A DNA stretch of 12,197 bases, taken from a virus. Where the stretch lies: the IMG/VR virus record IMGVR_UViG_3300029415_000021, positions 1 through 12,197 of that record, one strand, 5' to 3'. The notes under the pieces are model-generated. The model was not told the DNA's origin, made no database searches, and worked only from the letters and a program-made list of their open reading frames with translations. Below, piece after piece: positions 1-5,921 of this stretch. The first letter of the stretch is position 1; each line of letters opens with the position of its first letter. The translations under genes and the position numbers were made by a program.

Positions 1-89
1 CATTCTTGGGGCAGTTATTACAACTCTCAATATTGCACAAAAATTATTGCCTTTTTTCTCCGTTCCCGCCTATTATGGCCGCTTTCTCG
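1..89. repeat. Terminal direct repeat, left copy (identical to 12109..12197)
   Basis: All 89 nt (cattcttggggcagttatt...ggccgctttctcg) recur exactly at the right end, giving a unique unit of 12,108 bp. Confidence 0.98.
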
Positions 90-114
90 GTTTATTCGTT
101 CTGCTTGCTATTTC

Positions 115-137
115 TTGGCGCACATTTTTAGCGCACG
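115..137. repeat. TTGGCGCACA repeat pair on the other side of the junction
   Basis: Exact copy at 115..124, whose 17-nt context tttcTTGGCGCACAttt is identical to 11971..11987. A degenerate TTAGCGCACG lies at 128..137. Confidence 0.75.
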
Positions 138-155
138 ACCGCCGAAAAATGCGGT

Positions 156-380
156 TTATCTGCTATATTTCCAGAAACTTTCTTTCCACTCAAGCAGCCG
201 TTTTTCCTGCTCGGAAAGATAGCAGTAAATCCCGTATAAGGCATCGTAATCATCTTCGCAAGGTGCGCTGTCCCCCTGCGTCATGGCCACCCAGCTTTGC
301 CGCACGGATTCAACGGCACAATGAATTTGCAAATGGATTTCGTCAAGTTCGTTTAACCGGCTCATAGTTTCTTCTTTCAT
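156..380 (-). CDS. Hypothetical small protein (74 aa)
   Basis: ORF with SD AAGGAGG 6 nt upstream of the ATG (minus strand: AAGGAGGAAAAGCATG). No family recognised. Confidence 0.7.
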   Translation of the reverse strand: MKEETMSRLNELDEIHLQIHCAVESVRQSWVAMTQGDSAPCEDDYDALYGIYCYLSEQEKRLLEWKESFWKYSR

Positions 381-497
381 GCTTTTCCTCCTTGATTTTC
401 TGTGCGAGAGGCGGTATACTGACCGTACCGGCCTCCCTGTGGTGGTTGGCTGTGGCTCCGTGTCCTCTTGCTTGGCGGCTGGGACATGGAGCCTTTC

Positions 498-773
498 TCA
501 TGCGATGCAGAACCTTCTCGCCGTGGTGGTGCGTGTGAACTGCTGCGCCAGATCGGGAAGCGCCTTTTTCAATGCGCTGGTGTCTATGCGGGAGGAAGTC
601 ACGGCCTTATAGGTCACTTTCCAATCCGTGCCGCTGATGGTGTCCACGCCCTCCGCATCCATGTGGGTCTTGATTTCACAAGTCAGCGCCTCCAGCTCTG
701 CCGAAAGCTCCTCCTGCATCCGCTTCAATTCCCGGATTTCCTGCACCTTTCCTTCAATGTCCTGTCTGCTCAT
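498..773 (-). CDS. Hypothetical protein (91 aa) with an N-terminal coiled-coil-like segment
   Basis: ORF with SD AAAGGAG 6 nt upstream of the ATG. The N-terminus is heptad-like and charged (QEIRELKRMQEELSAELEAL). First gene downstream of the leftward promoter at 820..847. Confidence 0.75.
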   Translation of the reverse strand: MSRQDIEGKVQEIRELKRMQEELSAELEALTCEIKTHMDAEGVDTISGTDWKVTYKAVTSSRIDTSALKKALPDLAQQFTRTTTARRFCIA

Positions 774-810
774 TGTTCTGCTCCTTTCGTGTTTGGCCTT
801 GTGGCCTCTT

Positions 811-913
811 GATAGTCTTATTATATCACGATAGCGTTATATTTCAATTGGCAGAGTGCTTAAAGATAGCGTTATATATTTGGGCGTTTTGTATAATTGC
901 TATCGTTATATTT
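811..913. promoter_or_regulatory. Operator-like repeat set 1 (core CGTTATAT, GATAGCGTTATAT-type)
   Basis: Copies: GATAGCGTTATATTT 830..844, GATAGCGTTATATAT 865..879, GCTATCGTTATATTT 899..913, and a degenerate GATAGTCTTATTATAT 811..826. The CGTTATAT cores start at 835, 870 and 904 (35 and 34 bp apart). Copies lie in the spacers of both divergent promoters. Confidence 0.7.
820..847 (-). promoter_or_regulatory. Leftward sigma-A-type promoter for the orf91-orf74(-KTR-int) unit
   Basis: Minus strand reads TTGAAA (842..847), 16-nt spacer, TGaTATAAT (-10 at 820..825 with an extended TG). Operator copy 830..844 fills the spacer. Confidence 0.6.
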
Positions 914-925
914 ATATGGTATAAT
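897..925 (+). promoter_or_regulatory. Rightward promoter for RHH gene 1
   Basis: TTGCTA (897..902), 17-nt spacer, extended -10 TGgTATAAT (917..925). Operator copy 899..913 overlaps the -35 and spacer. Confidence 0.6.
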
Positions 926-947
926 GCACATATAAGGAGGTGAGCGC

Positions 948-1142
948 GTGACCGTATCAAAGGCGCAGAAAGCAGCTACGGCAAAATATGAAGCAAAAGT
1001 ATATGACAAGGTTCTTGTCAGGCTCCCCCGTGGCAAAAAAAGCGAGATCGAGGCAACAGTGAAGCCAAAGGGCCAGAGCGTCAATGGATTCATAAGTGAG
1101 GCCATCGACGAAAAACTTGACCGAGAGAAACCAACAGAATAG
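948..1142 (+). CDS. Ribbon-helix-helix (Arc/CopG-like) DNA-binding protein, putative switch regulator 1
   Basis: GTG start 7 nt after SD AAGGAGG (934..940). The 64-aa product has an RHH-like pattern: a beta-strand segment (KVLVRLPRGKK), then helices ending in GQSVNGFISEAIDEKL. Paralogous to 1578..1958. Confidence 0.75.
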   Translation: MTVSKAQKAATAKYEAKVYDKVLVRLPRGKKSEIEATVKPKGQSVNGFISEAIDEKLDREKPTE

Positions 1143-1147
1143 CACCA

Positions 1148-1172
1148 GAGCCGGGACGATCTGCCCCGGCTC
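1148..1172 (+). terminator. Hairpin just after the RHH-1 stop (weak terminator)
   Basis: GAGCCGGG (1148..1155) pairs with CCCGGCTC (1165..1172) around a 9-nt loop. The downstream T tract (cctttat) is poor. Confidence 0.4.
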
Positions 1173-1198
1173 CCTTTATGTCAGACAACAAACAAGAG

Positions 1199-1222
1199 GG
1201 CGGGGGCTAACCCCGCCTTTTT
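1199..1222 (+). terminator. Rho-independent terminator
   Basis: GGCGGGG (1199..1205) pairs with CCCCGCC (1211..1217) around a 5-nt loop, followed by TTTTT (1218..1222). Confidence 0.85.
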
Positions 1223-1252
1223 GCTGTCCTTCTTGTCGAGTTTGAGCGCATG

Positions 1253-1288
1253 AAAAAGCGAGGGGGTAAGTCTACGCCCTCGCTTTTT
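1253..1288. terminator. Bidirectional rho-independent terminator
   Basis: AAAAA, then AGCGAGGG (1257..1264), a 12-nt loop, CCCTCGCT (1277..1284), then TTTTT. The A-run and T-run flank the stem on both sides. Confidence 0.75.
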
Positions 1289-1448
1289 AAGTGGGGAACT
1301 CCGGCGGCGGGGGGCGTTGCGGATTAGCGTTCTTCTCAGTGCATCTCAATCTCCCGCATCCCGATCCGCTCTTGTAGGTGTTCTTTGCATCCACCTTTGC
1401 CGGTGTCTTGGCTGTTTTCGTTTGTTCCCTTGCTATGGTTATATGATA

Positions 1449-1529
1449 CTACTTATTAAGTAGATTGTCTATTGGCAAATTGTCTAATTATTAAGTAGAT
1501 TATTTGTGCATAAATCTACTTGATAAGTA
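1449..1529. promoter_or_regulatory. Operator-like repeat set 2 (TTATYAAGTAGATT)
   Basis: TTATTAAGTAGATT occurs at 1453..1466 and 1488..1501 (35 bp apart). An inverted copy AATCTACTTGATAA (1512..1525) has 1 mismatch. CTACTTATTAAGTAG (1449..1463) is a perfect 7-1-7 palindrome. ATTGTCTA is duplicated at 1464..1471 and 1479..1486. Confidence 0.7.
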
Positions 1530-1549
1530 TATACAAGAAGTGCTATAAT
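1520..1549 (+). promoter_or_regulatory. Promoter for RHH gene 2
   Basis: TTGATA (1520..1525), 18-nt spacer, extended -10 TGcTATAAT (1541..1549). The inverted operator copy overlaps the -35. Confidence 0.6.
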
Positions 1550-1577
1550 GCGGATAGTGGAAAAGGAGGTGCTTTTA

Positions 1578-1958
1578 ATGGCAGTATCGGAGGCTCAGAA
1601 AAAGAGTGCGCAAAAGTGGGACGCTGCAAACCTTGACCGCGTATCTATTGCTATGCCGAAGGGCATGAAGGACACGGTAAAGGCTGCCGCTGCCGTTGCT
1701 GGTGAAAGCATGAATCAGTATATCATCGGTGCAACGGAACAGCGGATAAACGGCTTGCAGCAGCCCGCAGGAGCGCCGCAAGGCGAGGGGGCTATCCTTA
1801 CCCCTGCCGCACTTAAAACGGCGCAGGAGGCCGCACAGAGAGCCGGGGAAACGGTTCCCGCGTTTGTTGGCCGTGCGGTTGAGACGCAGGCGCAACGCGA
1901 CAAGGTTATGCAAGCAATGAGGACGAAAGAAAAAGCCCCGGATAAATCCGAGACTTGA
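1578..1958 (+). CDS. Ribbon-helix-helix DNA-binding protein paralog with a long Ala/Gln-rich C-terminal extension (126 aa)
   Basis: ATG at 1578 lies 8 nt after GGAGG (1565..1569). The N-terminal 55 aa align with the 948..1142 product (MxVSxAQK...K..A..D.V....P.G.K....A.....G.S.N..I..A). The ORF-track start at 1548 sits inside the -10 box and is rejected. Confidence 0.75.
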   Translation: MAVSEAQKKSAQKWDAANLDRVSIAMPKGMKDTVKAAAAVAGESMNQYIIGATEQRINGLQQPAGAPQGEGAILTPAALKTAQEAAQRAGETVPAFVGRAVETQAQRDKVMQAMRTKEKAPDKSET

Positions 1959-1982
1959 CAAGGGTTAGTATCCTGCTATAAT
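1955..1982 (+). promoter_or_regulatory. Near-consensus sigma-A promoter reading into an ORF-free region
   Basis: TTGACA (1955..1960, overlapping the RHH-2 stop codon), 16-nt spacer, TGcTATAAT (1974..1982). Confidence 0.65.
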
Positions 1983-1988
1983 GGAGAT

Positions 1989-2250
1989 AGAAAAAGGGCG
2001 CTGCGACAAGCGGTTAGCCCGTCAGTAAATCAATTTCCAAATGGAAACCGTCACCGTGCCGGGTGGCGGTTTCTGCGTTTTACAATGATCGTAACCGTAA
2101 AAGGCCCGATATGTAGAGTAATTCGCATGGCGTCACCCCCTTTCGGGGTTTGTGACTAACCGCCTGCCGTTGTGCAGCGCCCCGCCCATAATGGGCTATC
2201 GACAGAATAACACAGGAGCCGTCAAAAAGCAAGACGGCTCCTGTGCTGTA
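1989..2250 (+). ncRNA. Candidate structured non-coding RNA of unknown class (3' end uncertain, may reach about 2400)
   Basis: No credible ORF. A long-range closing helix pairs GGGCGCTGC (1996..2004) with GCAGCGCCC (2174..2182), and GCGGTTAG (2010..2017) with CTAACCGC (2156..2163). Internal hairpins lie at 2045..2072 (10 bp) and 2133..2155. Further hairpins lie at 2184..2196 and 2211..2245 (perfect 13 bp). Confidence 0.45.
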
Positions 2251-2428
2251 TATGGAGATTATGGCACTATTTACACACCCCCGCGCCCTGGTACTTTAGG
2301 GCGCTGCCTGCCGCTGTACTTCGGGCAGGACTTCGCAAGGGAACAAAGGATAGGCAATCCCGCCGCCCTTGCTGCCTGCTGCCGGGCTTTCTCCGGCTGG
2401 TGACCTGTGGAATCACTCCTTCGTTGCG

Positions 2429-2827
2429 TCATCCATTTTTCAGCTCATTTACCAAAATGTCGCGGTACTGCTGCGCGTGATCCGCCAAAGCGGGTTTTAG
2501 GAATGGCTGTGCCTTGTTGCCGCGCGTGTAATGCCAGTTTCCCTTTGCGTCTTGATACACCCACGGTGTAGGCCGTCCGCCATCGGCATATTTGCCGGTG
2601 CCTAATTCCACATATGCGCCGTACTCGGAATCCGTGCCGATGATTACCGCAGGCTCGCTTTCGTCCACAACATGGGTGATGCTGTTGCGCAGATTGCCGG
2701 TGTCAACGGGGCACAGCTTTTTCGCATATCCCTCCGCCACCAGCCCGCACTTTTCAAGCCCGCGCAGAATTGCGGCTTCGATAGCAGCGGAAACCTCTTT
2801 GCTGTTGTCGGTGATTTCAATGCTCAT
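2429..2827 (-). CDS. HK97 gp10-like phage head-tail/tail-completion protein
   Basis: The 132-aa product carries family-typical motifs: CPVDTGNLRNSI, YGAYVELGTG and AQPFLKPAL. SD AGGAGG lies 8 nt upstream. Last gene of the long operon. Confidence 0.8.
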   Translation of the reverse strand: MSIEITDNSKEVSAAIEAAILRGLEKCGLVAEGYAKKLCPVDTGNLRNSITHVVDESEPAVIIGTDSEYGAYVELGTGKYADGGRPTPWVYQDAKGNWHYTRGNKAQPFLKPALADHAQQYRDILVNELKNG

Positions 2828-2857
2828 GATTAAAACCTCCTGACCATGTATGATTGA

Positions 2858-4564
2858 TCATACAGCCCTCGCTCTCCGTGCGCCGATCTTAGCAAGCTCT
2901 GCGTCCATGCCAGGCGCAAGTACGCCGACAACCTCGCCGCTGTCCATGACAACCTGCAGATTTGCAAGCATGGGCAAATACTGTTCCAACAGCTGCAGCA
3001 TTTTGTTTGAGTAAGCCGCCGAGTTTGCAACAGAACCAGACGCGCCCACGGTAATTTTTCCAGCGAAGTTCATGTCACCTTCGATGCTTTTCTTTACCGC
3101 GCCGAATTCATCATCAAAACCTTCGCCAAGACCTTTCGCCATGAATCCACCGATTCCGGCGAATACCTTTGACGGAGAATGAATGCCAAGCAGTCCCTTA
3201 ACACTACTCACAATACCGCCAACAAATCCACTGATTTTGTCTTTGATCCATGTAACCATTGATTTGATGCCGTCCCAAAGACCGCGAACAATATTAGACC
3301 CAATATCTTTGAATTTGTTCGGAATACTTTTAAACCAGCTAATAACGGACTGGATCGCATGGGGAATCTTTTCCGTGAAAAATGCACTGATTGCGTTAAC
3401 AGCGGATGAAATCGTATCCTTAATTTTGCCCCATGCAGAAATGATAGCGTTTCGGAAGTCCTCGTTTGTGTTCCAAAGTGCAACAATGGCGGTGACAAGT
3501 GCAGCAACCGCCGTTATAACAATTCCGATGGGGTTTGCATTCATCACAAGGTTTAGGGCTGCTTGTGCGATAGTGGCTCCCTCGTTTGCGGCCTGGTATG
3601 CTTGGATAGCCTTGACCACACCGGAAATCATGGAAGCAACATTCCACGCCACAAATCCGGCGCCGATTCCGGCGACAACCGAAATGATGGTATCGCCGTT
3701 GTCCAGAATAGTTGTTACAAAATCAGTGATTTTTTGGGAAAATTTATCCCAATCCACATTATTCATCCACTCCTGAAATGCTTCCGTAATGTCCTGAATA
3801 ACGGGAATGAGGCTTTCCAAAAATGGAGTTCCAACATTTGCCTGAAACTGCCGCCACGCTTCGCTCAGATTGCCGGTGACATTTTCCCAGCCGTCAGCTT
3901 CGCGGGCAGCTTGCCCCATTGCGCCGGACAGTTTTTGCGAATCCTCCACCATTTTCAAAAGCGTTTGCTGTTTCTGAATTTCGGACAAATCGTTATATTT
4001 CTGCCCGAATAGTTCCATAGCAGCCGCATTTCTTGTGGTTTCCGTGGCGGACAAGCCTAACGCTGCGTCGTTCTCAAAATTTCCTTTAAGAAAAGATTGT
4101 AGCGTTTCTGTCGCTTGCTCCACGCTGGTGTCATAATATGCTGCACTATCTGCCGCCGCCTGCAATGCGCGTTCCATCAGGCTCATGCTCTCCGTTGCAT
4201 CTCCGCCAGAAGAACGGGCAAAAGCGTAAATCTTGCTTCCGAGTGTGTTTAATCGTGTCTGCAAAATGCCAGAACTGTCGGCCACTCGCCCGATCGCTTC
4301 GGATGCAGCGTCTCCCAAATCCCCAAAAGTCTGTTTAAAAGCGGATTCCTCCGCTTTTACATCGGCTGCGGATTCGATAAACGCGCCGGACATATTTTTT
4401 ATAGCGCTTCCAAGCTTTTTTACGCCATCGACTATTACGCCGCCGAGTACATTCGCCTTTAGAACATCTCCAAAGGCCAGTGCTTTATTTTTGGCCGTTG
4501 TAAGTCCTTTTTCAACATCCCCGGTGTCGACGGTAAGTTTTACAAAAATGTCAAAAGCATTCAT
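2858..4564 (-). CDS. Phage tail tape-measure protein (568 aa, short)
   Basis: Alpha-helical, Ala/Gly-rich N-terminal core resembles TP901-type tape-measure proteins. Two hydrophobic segments are present (IISVVAGIGAGFVAWNVASMISGVV; PIGIVITAVAALVTAIVALW). SD AAAGGAGG lies 7 nt upstream, and the start forms an ATGA overlap with the upstream ORF. Confidence 0.8.
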   Translation of the reverse strand: MNAFDIFVKLTVDTGDVEKGLTTAKNKALAFGDVLKANVLGGVIVDGVKKLGSAIKNMSGAFIESAADVKAEESAFKQTFGDLGDAASEAIGRVADSSGILQTRLNTLGSKIYAFARSSGGDATESMSLMERALQAAADSAAYYDTSVEQATETLQSFLKGNFENDAALGLSATETTRNAAAMELFGQKYNDLSEIQKQQTLLKMVEDSQKLSGAMGQAAREADGWENVTGNLSEAWRQFQANVGTPFLESLIPVIQDITEAFQEWMNNVDWDKFSQKITDFVTTILDNGDTIISVVAGIGAGFVAWNVASMISGVVKAIQAYQAANEGATIAQAALNLVMNANPIGIVITAVAALVTAIVALWNTNEDFRNAIISAWGKIKDTISSAVNAISAFFTEKIPHAIQSVISWFKSIPNKFKDIGSNIVRGLWDGIKSMVTWIKDKISGFVGGIVSSVKGLLGIHSPSKVFAGIGGFMAKGLGEGFDDEFGAVKKSIEGDMNFAGKITVGASGSVANSAAYSNKMLQLLEQYLPMLANLQVVMDSGEVVGVLAPGMDAELAKIGARRARAV

Positions 4565-4782
4565 TCTCTGACCTCCTTTCCGATTTTGAATCCCTTGTTA
4601 TACATTTCCTGTGCAAAAAGCGTTGCCGCATAGACCAATGTGCCAGGCTTTGCCTCTTCCGGGAACGGCGGGGACTGCCGCTCGTTTCCGGAAGTCCCGT
4701 CCGCATATCCCATCTGAAACGCCGTCATGAAGTTTTTGCACATGGTTTTAAGGTATTTTCTTGCCCATGTGTTATGCGTCAT
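4561..4782 (-). CDS. Hypothetical protein (73 aa) immediately upstream of the tape-measure gene
   Basis: ORF translationally coupled to the tape-measure gene (ATGA overlap), with SD-like AAGAGG 7 nt upstream. The position is where tail assembly chaperones usually lie, but no similarity was recognised. Confidence 0.6.
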   Translation of the reverse strand: MTHNTWARKYLKTMCKNFMTAFQMGYADGTSGNERQSPPFPEEAKPGTLVYAATLFAQEMYNKGFKIGKEVRE

Positions 4783-4783
4783 G

Positions 4784-4882
4784 TCAACGCCTCTTTTCTA
4801 ACTGCTCTCCGACGGCAACCATTACCGCCCCGAAGAATGCGCCAACAGCAAAAACCACTGCACCGGTAATCATCAAAGCCAT
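4784..4882 (-). CDS. Small hydrophobic peptide (32 aa, MALMITGAVVFAVGAFFGAVMVAVGEQLEKRR), absent from the ORF track
   Basis: Hand translation of the minus strand. SD AAGGGAGGGG lies 5 nt upstream of the ATG (4882). The stop (4784..4786) sits one base from the next gene's ATG. One predicted transmembrane helix plus a basic tail; the ORF fills an otherwise unexplained 113-bp gap. Confidence 0.55.
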   Translation of the reverse strand: MALMITGAVVFAVGAFFGAVMVAVGEQLEKRR

Positions 4883-4895
4883 GTAAGCCCCTCCC

Positions 4896-5540
4896 TTAAA
4901 AGTTCTCGACGATCTCGCCGGAAAGCTGCTCCCACCATTCGCCCATGCTAAGCGTTACGCCGGGAGTAGTGCGCCGGTTGCCGCTGCCGCCGCGCCCGCT
5001 GCAATAGTTGGCGGCGGTCATCAGACTGTCCCACGCTTTCAAGGTCTTTCCCGTGCCTTTGGCGCAATCCTGCGCGAGAACGGTTAAAGCAACCTTGTCT
5101 TTTCGGTCGTCGGCGCTGTCGGCGGCTTCCTTTGCATAATAACCGATCAGCTTTAGCATGGTCGGGTTTCCGTCGTATCTGTCTGCAAAGCCGAAATAAT
5201 CATCCACCGTCAGAACGCCGGTTTTCATCAGCTCCACGGCGTTGCTGTCAATGGCGGAAGGATCAGCAAGGTTGCTTGTCTGTACTTCCTTTTCCAATGC
5301 GCGGCGGAGTTCTGCGGCCTTTGCGTCAAACTCTGTCCAGATGCGGGCCGTTTCTTTGCGCAGGCTGTTTTCCGCCTCTTGGAGCTGAAGCGTGGCAATC
5401 TGCCTTTTCAGCGCGTCTTGGCCTGCGTCCTGCATGGCTTTTCGGGCCTGCTCTACTGTGTTATACGCGGCGGCGTATTCGTCCCGGGCCGCCTTGAAAG
5501 CGGCGTCAAGTTCTTTTGCAAAACGGTTAAACTCGCTCAT
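4896..5540 (-). CDS. Hypothetical protein (214 aa) with a helical/coiled-coil N-terminal half
   Basis: SD GAAAGGAA lies 7 nt upstream, and the start forms an ATGA overlap with the upstream ORF. No family recognised. Confidence 0.75.
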   Translation of the reverse strand: MSEFNRFAKELDAAFKAARDEYAAAYNTVEQARKAMQDAGQDALKRQIATLQLQEAENSLRKETARIWTEFDAKAAELRRALEKEVQTSNLADPSAIDSNAVELMKTGVLTVDDYFGFADRYDGNPTMLKLIGYYAKEAADSADDRKDKVALTVLAQDCAKGTGKTLKAWDSLMTAANYCSGRGGSGNRRTTPGVTLSMGEWWEQLSGEIVENF

Positions 5541-5911
5541 TTTTTTGTTCCTTTCTGCTGCGGAAAAAGGCCGCAGCGCCCATTTTCATACATGGCGCAG
5601 GTATCGCCGCAAGCCAAATGTGCGGGGAGAGGGCAGCGCTTGCCCGCTGTTGCCGTTCCCGGCTTGCACTTGCCGCCTTTGAAAAAAGCACAATCGTCCT
5701 CTTTGCATTGCGGGTATAGGCCGCCCTGAAAGGGGCAATCTTTTCTTTGTGCGGGTGGTTCTTCCTGCATCTTCTTATAAATTACTGTTCCCATCGGCAC
5801 TTCGCCCGCAGAGGTTACAAGGGTCGGTGCATATTCGAAGCAGCCCCGGCCAACCTCACGGTATCGCTTGCCGTGTTCATCAATTAGGGGGTATTCCCTC
5901 AAAATGTCCAT
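5537..5911 (-). CDS. Cysteine-rich hypothetical protein (124 aa from the internal ATG)
   Basis: The ATG at 5911 is preceded by GAAAGGAAG and lies just after the upstream stop. The longer track ORF (to 5989) would overlap the upstream gene by 68 nt with no SD. The C-terminal 60 aa contain 9 Cys (CPFQGGLYPQCKEDDCAFFKGGKCK...CPLPAHLACGDTCAMYENGRC). Confidence 0.65.
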   Translation of the reverse strand: MDILREYPLIDEHGKRYREVGRGCFEYAPTLVTSAGEVPMGTVIYKKMQEEPPAQRKDCPFQGGLYPQCKEDDCAFFKGGKCKPGTATAGKRCPLPAHLACGDTCAMYENGRCGLFPQQKGTKK

Positions 5912-5921
5912 GTGCTTCCTT

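Noticed and set aside
1-89. tRNA or tmRNA fragment as integration target within the 89-bp repeat
   Set aside because: No cloverleaf arms or T-loop (GTTCRA) can be drawn. The sequence is AT-rich and looks like promoter or binding-site DNA.
47-367. 106-aa plus-strand ORF at the left end
   Set aside because: It overlaps the SD-supported minus-strand orf74 and the attP-like repeats, has no SD, and has an Arg/Ser/Phe-rich composition that looks non-protein-like.
408-435. 9-bp bulged hairpin between orf91 and orf74
   Set aside because: No T tract follows on the transcribed (minus) strand, so it is not a terminator. It may be an mRNA stability element, but nothing supports a specific call.
1250-1327. 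25-aa plus-strand ORF (MKKRGGKSTPSLFKWG...)
   Set aside because: It has no SD and is composed largely of the bidirectional terminator stem.
1548-1577. N-terminal extension of the RHH-2 ORF (MRIVEKEVLL...)
   Set aside because: The ATG at 1548 lies inside the predicted -10 box (1544..1549) and the extension covers the SD. The ATG at 1578 has proper GGAGG spacing and aligns with the paralog's N-terminus.
2152-2403. 83-aa plus-strand ORF inside the structured region
   Set aside because: It has a GTG start with no SD, and its odd composition is driven by GC-rich stems. It spans several strong hairpins. The region is better explained as non-coding RNA or UTR.
3183-4012. Long plus-strand ORFs (197 aa, 149 aa and others) antisense to the tape-measure gene
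   Set aside because: These are shadow ORFs opposite a well-supported CDS, with no SD and low-complexity translations. The same applies to the antisense ORFs over terL, int and the 214-aa gene.
5226-5232. CUGAUGA (hammerhead core-like) on the minus strand
   Set aside because: It lies in-frame within the 214-aa CDS (LMKTG) and has no flanking helices or GAAA partner. It is probably a chance heptamer.
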